Notes: generated from the sequence alone by a model not told the origin. A stretch of DNA of 64,000 bases from Candidatus Woesebacteria bacterium (GCA_021208605.1 JAJOJK010000015.1:343-64342), one strand, 5' to 3'; counted from the stretch's first letter, positions 48,394 to 58,035 are shown. A program made the numbers and translations.

Positions 48394-49422
48394 ATGACAT
48401 TAAAACAAATAATCCTAGATTTAGCGAAAAATAAGAAAAAAATTCAGACATCATATATTCAAGAGGAAACAAAAAACGAATATACGAGACAATACATTGT
48501 CAAAAATCTCCGGGAACTTACACAAGATGGGAAGTTGGCTCGATTTAGTGCTGGAGCGGGTACATTTTACACATTACCGAAGAATGTTATGAGTCTCAGT
48601 AATAGAATGACTAAGAGACTTGAAAACAGAAATCTAGATGAAACTGAAGTCTATTTTGATTTTGAGAAAAAACTTCATCTTAAAGAAACATTAGACGAAA
48701 ATGTATACTCCATCTTTACGTATGCATTTTCGGAGATGCTGAATAATGCTATTGAACACTCTCAGTCAGATAGAATAAAAATTACGTACTTTGATGACAA
48801 AGAGAATCTCTCATTTGTTATTAGAGACTATGGAATTGGGGTCTTTAAAAATGTAATGGAAAATCATAAGTTACGATCAGAAATAGAAGCAATTCAGGAT
48901 ATTTTAAAAGGGAAAACAACAACAGCTCCTCAAGCACATTCAGGTCAGGGTATTTTCTTTACTTCCAAAATTGCTGACCTTTTCATATTGGAAAGCTATG
49001 ATTACAGACTCAGAATAGATAACTCAATACCCGATGTTTTCATTGAAAAACTTTCTCAGAAAATTCAAGGAACAAAAGTGACGTTCACTATTAAAGCAAA
49101 GTCAACGAAACATTTAAGTGATATTTTCAGAGATTATCAAACAGATCCAGAAGGGTATGACTTTGATAAAACGAAAATCCAAGTCAAACTCTACACAATG
49201 GGAACAGTATATGTCTCTCGTTCACAGGCAAGAAGAATTTTAGCAGGCCTTGAAAAGTACCGTCACATTGTACTAGATTTTCAAAAAGTCCCTACCGTGG
49301 GACAAGCATTTGCTGATGAAATCTTTCGAGTATTTAAATCTCGAGAACCAGAAATAGTAATTGAACCCATAAATATGAACGAAACAGTAGAGTTCATGAT
49401 AAAGAGAGTGGATGATGTCTAA
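48394..49422 (+). CDS. wHTH + histidine-kinase-like ATPase + C-terminal STAS-like (DUF4325-like) protein
   Basis: HATPase N-box 'SEMLNNAIEHS', G-boxes 'DYGIGV...GQGIFF'; C-term 'IVLDFQKVPTVGQAFADEIFRVF' STAS-like. Confidence 0.5.
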   Translation: MTLKQIILDLAKNKKKIQTSYIQEETKNEYTRQYIVKNLRELTQDGKLARFSAGAGTFYTLPKNVMSLSNRMTKRLENRNLDETEVYFDFEKKLHLKETLDENVYSIFTYAFSEMLNNAIEHSQSDRIKITYFDDKENLSFVIRDYGIGVFKNVMENHKLRSEIEAIQDILKGKTTTAPQAHSGQGIFFTSKIADLFILESYDYRLRIDNSIPDVFIEKLSQKIQGTKVTFTIKAKSTKHLSDIFRDYQTDPEGYDFDKTKIQVKLYTMGTVYVSRSQARRILAGLEKYRHIVLDFQKVPTVGQAFADEIFRVFKSREPEIVIEPINMNETVEFMIKRVDDV

Positions 49423-49576
49423 ATAAAGCAATCCCTCATTTCGTCCATATTAGTTCCGAGCAAGATCTTTGATATATCAATTTTTTATGCAGTTCAACCA
49501 CGCAATACTTTTGATTTCGTTTTGTTGGACAAATTTCCTTATAACCGAATGTACATGAGAATGCTACGCTACACAC

Positions 49577-50431
49577 ATGCGTCCTCCCACACAACCGAAT
49601 CGAGCAGAGTGGTACTGGCTGCGGGTTTCTCGGCCGCGATTTTGGCTCTATTTGCTCGGTCCATCGCTGGTTGGAGTCGTCGCTGCAACAGACACCTGGC
49701 AGGTATGGCTCAATCCGGTGGTCTGGTTTTGGCTCCTGTTTTTTACCTGGCCGGCAAATGTCTTTCTCTATGGAGTAAATGACTTATTTGACCAAGACAC
49801 CGACGCGCATAACACCAAAAAACACACCTACGAAACTCGCTTTGCCACTCGTCGTTCTCGGCAGATGCAGCGTTTGCTAGCCGTGATTGCCCTTGCCGGC
49901 TTGGGCGCTGGTTTCGGGCTGCTTCCTCTGAACAGTTGGCTCATATTGGGAGCGTGGTTCGTGCTGAGCTGGACCTACTCAGCTCCACCGCTGCGCTGGA
50001 AGTCACGCCCTTTTCTGGATGCCTACTCGAATGGACTGTATATCCTTCCCGCTGTACTCGTCTTTGTCTGGCTTTCTGGCAGCTGGCCACCGGCCTGGGC
50101 CATCCTCGCTGGCTGGTGCTGGAGCGTGGGCATGCACACGTTTTCTGCCATTCCCGACATTGCCGCTGACCAAGCAGGCGGAGTGCACACCACGGCTACC
50201 GTTTTGGGTCGCGGTCGGGCACTCTTATGGGTGGCTGGCCACTGGCTCGTTGCCATTGGCTTAGCCAGCACCGGTTTGCAGTGGTGGGCGGGGCTCGGTG
50301 TACTGTATCCGGCAGTGGCCCTGTATCTGTGGTTTCGACCAAAAGAATCCGTGTTCTCTTGGTATGTGTGGTTTCCTTATATAAACGCAGTTTTGGGCAT
50401 GGCCCTATTCTGGTGGGTCTATGCGCAGTAA
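49577..50431 (+). CDS. UbiA-family prenyltransferase (carotenoid-modifying type, e.g. lycopene elongase-like)
   Basis: 'NDLFDQDTD' Asp-rich motif, ~8 TM helices, W-rich. Confidence 0.7.
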   Translation: MRPPTQPNRAEWYWLRVSRPRFWLYLLGPSLVGVVAATDTWQVWLNPVVWFWLLFFTWPANVFLYGVNDLFDQDTDAHNTKKHTYETRFATRRSRQMQRLLAVIALAGLGAGFGLLPLNSWLILGAWFVLSWTYSAPPLRWKSRPFLDAYSNGLYILPAVLVFVWLSGSWPPAWAILAGWCWSVGMHTFSAIPDIAADQAGGVHTTATVLGRGRALLWVAGHWLVAIGLASTGLQWWAGLGVLYPAVALYLWFRPKESVFSWYVWFPYINAVLGMALFWWVYAQ

Positions 50432-51191
50432 TACCGCTGCTGCTGTATCGGTTATTATTCCAACGCTGAATGAGTCAGGCACGATCGGGTGCTTGCTCGC
50501 CGACCTCGCGCAGCAAACCTTGGCACCCACAGAAATACTGGTTATCGATGGCGGATCAACCGACACCACCGTGGCCGAAGTAGAATCATTGGCTGAACAC
50601 TCCCCATCACTGCCGGTGCGCATCATACACAGTGCTCGTGGCGTGGGGCACCAACGCAATGTTGGTGGGCACCAAGCCAAAGGAAAGTGGTTGTACTTTT
50701 TTGATGCTGATGTGCGGGTGCCCCCGGAATTCATAGAAAAATCGCAGCGTTTACTCGAGGCGCGCAATCTAGAATCGGCGTGTCCCCGCTACTGGCCGTG
50801 GCATTCTTTTGTGTGGACTCAGGCTTTCTTTGCCGTGGCAAACTTTGTTTTTTGGATTGGCCAGCGCCGCTATCCCGCTGGAGTTGGTGCCTGCATTCTC
50901 ATGCAGCGCACCGTTTTTGCGAGTATTGGTGGATTCCGTCCGGAACTCCTCGTCGATGACTTGGATGGTATTTATCGCATGGGCAAAGCGAGCCGGTTTG
51001 CAATTCTCCCAATTTCGGTGTGGGTCTCGGACCGCCGCTTCCGCGAAGAAGGATTTTGGACAGTTATCTGGAAATATTGGCAAATAAGTGGAGCGTTTGT
51101 GCGCGGCAATTTGGCCAAAACAAATACCATCGAGTACCGTTTTGGCGAACACGACACAACCCCAAAAAAGAGTGAACCGCCTACATTCTAA
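50421..51191 (+). CDS. GT2-family glycosyltransferase
   Basis: 'VSVIIPTLNE...ILVIDGGSTDTT...FFDAD'. Confidence 0.75.
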   Translation: MRSNTAAAVSVIIPTLNESGTIGCLLADLAQQTLAPTEILVIDGGSTDTTVAEVESLAEHSPSLPVRIIHSARGVGHQRNVGGHQAKGKWLYFFDADVRVPPEFIEKSQRLLEARNLESACPRYWPWHSFVWTQAFFAVANFVFWIGQRRYPAGVGACILMQRTVFASIGGFRPELLVDDLDGIYRMGKASRFAILPISVWVSDRRFREEGFWTVIWKYWQISGAFVRGNLAKTNTIEYRFGEHDTTPKKSEPPTF

Positions 51192-52677
51192 GACGATCTC
51201 GCACCAAATGACCAGAAATCACAGAAGTGGGCACCCCAATTCCGGGCACTGTATTTGCGCCAGAAAAGAGGAGATTGGCCACTTTTTTACTCTTGTTGGC
51301 CGGTCGCCAAATGGCACTCTGGAAAAACGTATGCGCGAGTCCACCCAAGGCGTTGCCGGCATAGCTGTTGTAGCGCTCAGCAAAGTCAGTGATCGAGAAA
51401 ATTTCCTTCACAACAATATTTTCCTTGAGCTTTATGTCGAGTTTGGCTTCTAAAAAGTCCAGGATGAAGTTGGCGTAGTGTTCGCGCCACATGTCGTTTT
51501 CTTCGAGTCCGGGAGCAATTGGCACTAAAACCATGAGATTTTCATGACCTTTGGGCGCTACTGAGGGATCAGTCGCCGAAGTTTTGTTGATATACACCGA
51601 CGGTTCCTGCGGCCAACGTGGGTGGTCGAAAACATCGGCAAAATGTTTTTGCCAGTCAGTACCGAAATAGAGGGTGTGGTGCTGCAGTTTGGGTAACTTG
51701 CCTTTCACACCCAAATACAGCAAGAATGCGGAAGGTGTGAGGGTTTTCTTTTGCCAGTGCTTGCGGGGAATCGTGCGCAGCGACTGCTCAGAAAGCAGAT
51801 CTTCGGTATGGACGTAGTCCGCGTTGGAAACCACATAATCAGCTGTGTATTTTGTATCGCCGCAATGAACGGTATGAATGCGGCCATCTTCTACTTCGAG
51901 AGAGGTAACCGGCGAGTTATACACAAACTCGACTCCTTGCTCCTGGGCGACTTGTTCCATGGCTTTCACCACACCAAACAGACCACCCTCTGGGTACCAC
52001 ACCCCTAAGCCCATGTCGACATACCCCATCATGCTGAAGAGAGCGGGTGCATTTTGCGGCGAACAGCCCAAAAACACTAAGTTGTACTCAATAATTTGCT
52101 GCAGTTTGTGGTGCGAGAAAAATTTCTTGACATAGCGGTGCATGGGTTCGAGAACACCAACATGAGGCGAGTTCTTGATCAGCTCCCAGTTATTGGCTAA
52201 ATCGAAAATCGAGTCCATGTTGCGGTACAAAATACTGTCCATGGCAATGCGGTACTTGAGCTCACCTTCACGCAGGTACTGTCGCAGCTTTTTGGCGGCC
52301 CCTTTTTCGTAGGACTCAAACAGCGCTTCATCTTCTTTTTGGTCGCCAGTAATATCGGCATGTGTGCCATCACCAAAGACCACTCGGTACTGCGGGTGTA
52401 AGGGCTGAATCGAGTAATAATCGGACGGCTTTTTGCCAAACTCAGCAAAAAACCGATCAAACACTTCAGGCATCATGTACCATGAGGGGCCCATATCAAA
52501 CGTAAAACCGTCGCGCTTGATCTGTCCCGCCCGACCACCTGGCTGTGAATTTTTCTCAAGCACGGTCACACGGTGCCCATCTTTGGCCAACAAGGCCGCC
52601 GCCGAAAGCCCTCCAAATCCCGCTCCAATAACAATGACAGATTTTTGCGACGAATGTGACATAGAGTTCCTTTGCAT
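51181..52677 (-). CDS. phytoene-desaturase-family FAD oxidoreductase (CrtI/CrtD-like)
   Basis: 'VIVIGAGFGGLSAAALLAKDGHRVTVLEKNSQPGGRAG' dinucleotide fold, ~490 aa. Confidence 0.8.
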   Translation of the reverse strand: MQRNSMSHSSQKSVIVIGAGFGGLSAAALLAKDGHRVTVLEKNSQPGGRAGQIKRDGFTFDMGPSWYMMPEVFDRFFAEFGKKPSDYYSIQPLHPQYRVVFGDGTHADITGDQKEDEALFESYEKGAAKKLRQYLREGELKYRIAMDSILYRNMDSIFDLANNWELIKNSPHVGVLEPMHRYVKKFFSHHKLQQIIEYNLVFLGCSPQNAPALFSMMGYVDMGLGVWYPEGGLFGVVKAMEQVAQEQGVEFVYNSPVTSLEVEDGRIHTVHCGDTKYTADYVVSNADYVHTEDLLSEQSLRTIPRKHWQKKTLTPSAFLLYLGVKGKLPKLQHHTLYFGTDWQKHFADVFDHPRWPQEPSVYINKTSATDPSVAPKGHENLMVLVPIAPGLEENDMWREHYANFILDFLEAKLDIKLKENIVVKEIFSITDFAERYNSYAGNALGGLAHTFFQSAIWRPANKSKKVANLLFSGANTVPGIGVPTSVISGHLVRDRLRM

Positions 52678-52786
52678 TTAAACAATGAGGCGTACGCATC
52701 TGTATCGTATCACTTGGGGAGGGGAGAGAGTACATTGAGAAAGTTTTCTGGTACACTTTTTCAAAGACTACAAACAGAAAGGTCCC

Positions 52787-53167
52787 ATGTCAAAATACAT
52801 CGACGGATTTGTCCTGGTAGTTCCCAAGGAAAAATCTGAAGCCTACAAACAAATGGCCGAGGGTGGTCGCGATTCGTGGATGAAGCATGGCGCTTTGGCA
52901 TACTACGAGTGTCGTGGTGAAGACATGGCTCCTCAGGTGATGGGAGACGAAAAAACTCGCTCCTTCCCAAAAATGGTCAGTGCCGGCAGCGACGAGACAG
53001 TCTGGTTTTCCTTTATCGTGTTTAAGTCTAAAGAGCACCGCGACGAAGTCAATGCCAAAGTGATGGCCGAGATGGCAGAGAGTGCCGAAGAGTTCGAACA
53101 GTATGAGATGCCCTTCGAAATGAAAAAAATGGCCTATGGCGGATTTGCGGTAGAGGTAGAAGGGTAG
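52787..53167 (+). CDS. DUF1428-family protein
   Basis: 'MSKYIDGFVLVVPKEK...ETVWFSFIVFKSKEHRDEVNAKVM...MAYGGF'. Confidence 0.5.
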   Translation: MSKYIDGFVLVVPKEKSEAYKQMAEGGRDSWMKHGALAYYECRGEDMAPQVMGDEKTRSFPKMVSAGSDETVWFSFIVFKSKEHRDEVNAKVMAEMAESAEEFEQYEMPFEMKKMAYGGFAVEVEG

Positions 53168-53195
53168 GCGGAATAGTTAGAAGCCGAACACTACT

Positions 53196-53672
53196 TTAAT
53201 TTAAAACCACAATCCCAGCATTCAACGCAGCGGCAAAGCTCACCCAAAACAAATAGGGCAGCAATATGGCGGCCGCCATGCGAGAAACACGGTATATTTT
53301 CAGCATGGCCATAATAATGGCTGCCCAGAGAGCGCTCATCACCAGCAGCGCCAGTAGGGGCGAGCGCAAACCAAAGAAAATCGGCGTCCAGAGAAAATTC
53401 AATCCAAGTTGCAAGAGAAAATAATTCCGAGCGGTACGAACAGATTTCTTTGTCCAACCTTGTCGCCAGAGCAAGTAAAAAGACACACCCATCAAAAAAT
53501 AGAGCAGGGTCCATACTGGTCCAAAAAGCCAATTTGGCGGCGCAAAAAATGGCTTATTGAGCGTTGCATACCAGGTCGGAATCGCTGAGACCGTAAAGAC
53601 GCTACCTATGATTCCCACCAACTCACACACCACAACAGAAAAAATGAGCTTGGACAGGTCTTTCATGTACAT
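53196..53672 (-). CDS. tspO: TspO/MBR tryptophan-rich sensory protein (CrtK-like)
   Basis: Start at MYMKDLSKL; 'PPNWLFGPVWTLLYFLMG' and 5 TM helices. Confidence 0.75.
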   Translation of the reverse strand: MYMKDLSKLIFSVVVCELVGIIGSVFTVSAIPTWYATLNKPFFAPPNWLFGPVWTLLYFLMGVSFYLLWRQGWTKKSVRTARNYFLLQLGLNFLWTPIFFGLRSPLLALLVMSALWAAIIMAMLKIYRVSRMAAAILLPYLFWVSFAAALNAGIVVLN

Positions 53673-53723
53673 ATAGTATGGAGGACAGAAAAGCAAAACA
53701 CAATTAAGACTGAGTAAGAAGCA

Positions 53724-54173
53724 ATGACCCCACACATCTCCATCATCACGCTCGGCGTCAAAGACGTTGCCGCCTCGACCGAGTTTTACGAAAAACTCGG
53801 CTTCCCGGTAGAGCCAAGCGGGAAAATTACGTTCATTACCACTTCGCCAACCAGTAAACTGGCGCTCTACGGACTGCAGGACCTGGCCCAAGACGCAGGA
53901 GTAGAAGCCCAAACCGGATCGTTTTCTGGAATCACTCTGGCGCATAATGTGGTCTCCAAAGAACAGGTTGATGCTGTTATTGAAGAAGCGCGAAACATAG
54001 GCGCCCGCATCACCGACGAACCACATGAGCGCGAGTGGGGCGGCTACTCAGGTTATTTCCAAGACCCTGACGGCTACCTCTGGGAAATTGGCTTCAATCC
54101 GTTTGATCCGGAGATAGCGGTGGATGAGGGGAAACCTAGGGAAAAACAGTCTTCTACTGACCCAAACTCGTAA
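53724..54173 (+). CDS. VOC-family glyoxalase-like protein
   Basis: 'ISIITLGVKDVAASTEFYEKLGF'. Confidence 0.6.
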   Translation: MTPHISIITLGVKDVAASTEFYEKLGFPVEPSGKITFITTSPTSKLALYGLQDLAQDAGVEAQTGSFSGITLAHNVVSKEQVDAVIEEARNIGARITDEPHEREWGGYSGYFQDPDGYLWEIGFNPFDPEIAVDEGKPREKQSSTDPNS

Positions 54174-54456
54174 ACACACCTACTGCCAGCTCAGCCCAAA
54201 TCAAAAGCAAGACCAGCGCAAATCCAATTCCAACCACAACACGGTACTTGGGTTTCGTTTTTCTTGCTGTGAACACAAACGCAGAGCCAGTACCAAATAA
54301 CAAACCACCCATAACCAGAAAATCAAAACTCGTCCAACGTATTTGTTGTGTGAGCTGCATAGCGACGAAAGGAACAAGTAACACAACAGCAGTTGCGAGT
54401 ACCATCCAGGCGAAGATTCGGTTGCTCTGGAGAATATCAGTAGGTTTCTTGGTCAT
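54154..54456 (-). CDS. small membrane protein (3 TM)
   Basis: hydrophobic segments. Confidence 0.35.
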   Translation of the reverse strand: MTKKPTDILQSNRIFAWMVLATAVVLLVPFVAMQLTQQIRWTSFDFLVMGGLLFGTGSAFVFTARKTKPKYRVVVGIGFALVLLLIWAELAVGVFTSLGQ

Positions 54457-54579
54457 TTCGGTACCTCACAGTTGTGTTGGTTGGGTTTATGATACCACTA
54501 GAAAGATTCTGTGACTGATACTTTTTACAGAAAAAATAACTCTGCTATAGTATGAAAAAGACAAGCATGAAAGGTAGAC

Positions 54580-54912
54580 ATGGATGAATACTCACTTGAA
54601 AGTTTTTCCCAATACGATGCAACACGTCCGGCTGAAGTAATAAACAGCACTAGCCATGATAGCGCAAAAAAATGGGCGAGGAAGGCATCCTTTATGCAAC
54701 TCGGATACGCTTTAGATTTTTACAAAGAAGATCATTCTTTAACTCCGGAACAAATAGAAACTATTGATGCTTTTAATAACCATGTTTTCGGCGATGAGTT
54801 CAAGAACAAAACCCTCACGGAAAAAAAGGATATTGAACTTGCCTTGAACACATTAGAGTCACTTGGTATTGATGTATCAAAGCAGAAGAAACAGCTCAAG
54901 ACTTGGGACTAA
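54580..54912 (+). CDS. hypothetical protein
   Basis: 110-aa ORF. Confidence 0.3.
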   Translation: MDEYSLESFSQYDATRPAEVINSTSHDSAKKWARKASFMQLGYALDFYKEDHSLTPEQIETIDAFNNHVFGDEFKNKTLTEKKDIELALNTLESLGIDVSKQKKQLKTWD

Positions 54913-54946
54913 TCACTTTCTTACACTTTAGGGAGTGGAGGAGTCC

Positions 54947-56002
54947 TCAAATAAACTCCACTCCCTCCTGTAACTGAATAAGCACCGCCAACAACTGATT
55001 CTCTGAGAGGGTCAAGCCAGCAATCTCCAGAGGTTTCGCCGCATCTACCAACTCGGCCAGCTCCTGCTTTCGAATCACCTCCAACAAATCTTTATGAATA
55101 TAGTGATCCCGCGCCATGGCCACGGTGTTGCCGAGTTCGTCGGCCACCGCTTGGTAGATGTCTTGCAGAGACAATTTTGCGTCTTTCTTTTCTTCGCGTA
55201 ACGCCGTTTTGAAGGCGACCACAGTTCCCGCCCAAGTGCGAAAATCTTTGGCCGTAATCCGAAAACCAGCTATTTCTTGCAGCGCGACATTCACATCACT
55301 TGAGGTAACAGACTGTTCCTCACCGTCGTCATCAAAGTAGCTAAACAGAAATGATCCTTCTTCATCATTGAGTTGCCGGATGACTCGCATAAGCGGCTTG
55401 CTGGTCAAAACAACTTCGTGCGCCTTGCCAGACTTGCCAACGAAGTCGAGCGTGATCTTGTCTGCTGATACCGCCACGTTGTCATTGCTCAGTGTGGTCG
55501 CGCCATACGAATCATTCGCTTCGAGATACTGGCGATTCCCAATTCGAATATGCGTTTTATCAATGAGACCGATAACCGCTGCAATCAACAGCTCGCGCGA
55601 CAACTCGTCTTGGCCAATCACACGCGAAACATACCGACGAATCTTCGGCAAGCTCTGCCCAAATGGAATCAGACGATAGTGGTTCAAATGATCGCGAAAC
55701 TCGCGCCACTTTGGATGATACAGATACTGCTTCCGCCCAGCGTCATCCTGGCCAGTGGCCAAAATATGGGCCTTCTCATTTTTAGAGATCCAGACATCTT
55801 TCCACGCTGGGGGAATCGCTAACGACTCGATCCACGCGCGCGTCTTTCCTTGCGCGGTATTTCCACGCGCATCTTGGTAACTGAATCCTGTGCCTTGCAC
55901 CTGGCGCGTCCAGCCTGGTGCCTCGGCGCTGACATACTCTAAACCAGCCTGGCGAGCACAGTACTCGGTGTCGGTGTAGAGCTTGATGACGTGATCGATC
56001 AC
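54947..56002 (-). CDS. DNA topoisomerase IB (poxvirus/bacterial type)
   Basis: 'GFSYQDARGN...IPPAWKDVWIS...HILATGQDDAGRKQYLYHPKW', 'KDFRTWAGTV', catalytic Tyr region 'MARDHYIH'. Confidence 0.7.
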   Translation of the reverse strand: MIDHVIKLYTDTEYCARQAGLEYVSAEAPGWTRQVQGTGFSYQDARGNTAQGKTRAWIESLAIPPAWKDVWISKNEKAHILATGQDDAGRKQYLYHPKWREFRDHLNHYRLIPFGQSLPKIRRYVSRVIGQDELSRELLIAAVIGLIDKTHIRIGNRQYLEANDSYGATTLSNDNVAVSADKITLDFVGKSGKAHEVVLTSKPLMRVIRQLNDEEGSFLFSYFDDDGEEQSVTSSDVNVALQEIAGFRITAKDFRTWAGTVVAFKTALREEKKDAKLSLQDIYQAVADELGNTVAMARDHYIHKDLLEVIRKQELAELVDAAKPLEIAGLTLSENQLLAVLIQLQEGVEFI

Positions 56003-56106
56003 CTCAAAAGTGTAGCATGGAAAAAGGTTGATGAAGTAAGAAGAAAGTAATAAAAAAAGCAGCTGGTATACTCAGAGTACACCCACAAGAACCGAAAGGT
56101 CTCCTC

Positions 56107-56706
56107 ATGCCCAAAGGAAACGGAAAATCCATCCCCAAAGTCAAAATCGACTTGGAGCCATCAAAAGACCAAGTATCTGAACTCTTCCAAACTCTGCAAG
56201 AGAGATTTGAAGCCAACATGTCGCGCCACAAGGGGCTGAAGTGGGAAACCATCCAAGCCAAACTGGAAAAAAAACCTAAAAAAATTGCCACGCTCTTTGC
56301 CATGGAAAGTACTGGCGGAGAACCCGATGTCATCGCCTACGACAAGAAAGCGGACGAGTACACCTTCTGCGACTGCTCTGAACAATCTCCGGACCGCCGC
56401 AGCATCTGCTATGACGGAGCAGGCGAAAAGGCCCGCCAGAAAAAGGGTGTCCATCCAGGCGGCAATGCCGTGGACCTGGCAGAGAAAATGGGCGTAGAGT
56501 TGCTCAACAAAGAACAGTACCGCACCTTGCAAGAACTCGGCGAGTTTGACACCACAACATCAAGCTGGCTGAAAACACCTCAAAAAATCCGCGACCTCGG
56601 TGGTGCCATCTTCGGCGACCGCCGTTACGATACTGTTTTTGTGTATCACAATGGAGCAGAGTCGTTTTACGCTGCGCGTGGGTTTCGGGGTATACTTAAA
56701 ATATAA
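56107..56706 (+). CDS. DUF4256-like protein
   Basis: 199 aa, family assignment from memory. Confidence 0.4.
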   Translation: MPKGNGKSIPKVKIDLEPSKDQVSELFQTLQERFEANMSRHKGLKWETIQAKLEKKPKKIATLFAMESTGGEPDVIAYDKKADEYTFCDCSEQSPDRRSICYDGAGEKARQKKGVHPGGNAVDLAEKMGVELLNKEQYRTLQELGEFDTTTSSWLKTPQKIRDLGGAIFGDRRYDTVFVYHNGAESFYAARGFRGILKI

Positions 56707-56730
56707 GATAACGAGTAACAAAACTCTACA

Positions 56731-57096
56731 ATGCAAACAGAACAAGATAAACCGGAGACTTTTCTGCCTACAGAAAAAGTACATAAAGAAATTATGCAAG
56801 CAGTACGTCGCTTGCAGAATATTCAAAATACATATATTCAAGCAGCAAGAGAGCTCAGACAACAATACGGAATAAATAACAGAGCGTGTGGACCAAGTTC
56901 TTTTTCTCTAGCAGTTGTCATTCAAGAACATTTCCGTACACAGAATATCGAGCTTCCAATAGATGCTTCCATTACGAAAATTTCTTATCCTCAAAATGGT
57001 ATATATATCATGTTTGGAACTGAAAAGGAGGGATTCGAATGGATTGATCATGCATGGGTAGAGGGATCAAGTTCTTTGCGTTTCGCATACATCTGA
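56731..57096 (+). CDS. hypothetical protein (AT-rich)
   Basis: 121-aa ORF. Confidence 0.3.
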   Translation: MQTEQDKPETFLPTEKVHKEIMQAVRRLQNIQNTYIQAARELRQQYGINNRACGPSSFSLAVVIQEHFRTQNIELPIDASITKISYPQNGIYIMFGTEKEGFEWIDHAWVEGSSSLRFAYI

Positions 57097-57154
57097 CCGC
57101 TATTCCGCTCAGGCTTCTTTTCAAGCAGCTGTCGTAACCACTGATCACATAGAG

Positions 57155-57355
57155 ATGCTTTATGAACGATTCGGTTTCAGACTTGCCAAAAATCTCGAAC
57201 AACTGAGAGAATTCACAGGTTTACCATTAGAAATAATAGACCAACTTACTCAAATAATTACCGAAATAAAGAGTGGTGAATTTCCTGATAACTACAATGA
57301 TTACGTACAAATCTTGCTTGAACATATTTACCAATCGGACCAACATCGCACATGA
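57155..57355 (+). CDS. hypothetical small protein
   Basis: 66-aa ORF. Confidence 0.25.
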   Translation: MLYERFGFRLAKNLEQLREFTGLPLEIIDQLTQIITEIKSGEFPDNYNDYVQILLEHIYQSDQHRT

Positions 57356-58035
57356 AATACGCCTTCTTCGACGTCGACAACACTCTCTACCAGGGCTACT
57401 CCGCGTCGGAACTCATTCACACCGTTGCGGACACCTTTGCCAGGCCTGAACTCACCAAGCAACATAGCCAAGTGGTCGAAGATTACTTTCAACACAAAAC
57501 CAGCTACAACGCCATGTCCCAAGTCGTCTTAGATCTGGCTTCAGAAGCCGTGAGCGGCATGAATCCGCAAGAGGTCCAGGCACTGGTCCGCGAGATGCTC
57601 CAGCAAAAACCAACCCTCTTCGCCGCCTGGGTAAGAGAAGTCATGGACTACCTCAACGCCGAAAGCTATCGCACCGTTTTGGTCTCGGGTGGTCCGGATG
57701 TGGTTATTCAGGAGCTGGCGCGCCTAGTGGGTTCAGACGAGTGGTACGCCACCGAAATTACCATGGACCAAGGTGTGTACACCGGCCAAAAAACGAAGAT
57801 CCTCAACGAATTAGCCAAAGCTGAGCTCATTACCTCACTCCTTGCCAAACAGTCTCCCACCCGTACCATCGCCTTTGGCGACAGCCCTGGAGACGTGCCC
57901 ATGCTTGAACTAGCCGACACCGCGTTTGTGGCCAAGAGTGATCACCATCCCGAAATGCTAAGGTACGCGCAAGAGAGAAACTGGACGGTTTTTGAGACAG
58001 CGGAAGAGGTTATTACCAAAGTCAAAATACTTTAA
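57352..58035 (+). CDS. HAD-IB hydrolase (SerB-like)
   Basis: 'FFDVDNTL' motif I, 'FGDSPGDVPML' motif IV. Confidence 0.6.
   Translation: MKYAFFDVDNTLYQGYSASELIHTVADTFARPELTKQHSQVVEDYFQHKTSYNAMSQVVLDLASEAVSGMNPQEVQALVREMLQQKPTLFAAWVREVMDYLNAESYRTVLVSGGPDVVIQELARLVGSDEWYATEITMDQGVYTGQKTKILNELAKAELITSLLAKQSPTRTIAFGDSPGDVPMLELADTAFVAKSDHHPEMLRYAQERNWTVFETAEEVITKVKIL

Noticed and set aside
49936-50767. Multiple overlapping GC-rich ORFs on both strands within the UbiA/GT2 genes
   Set aside because: Typical high-GC shadow ORFs; the UbiA and GT2 frames carry the recognisable motifs.
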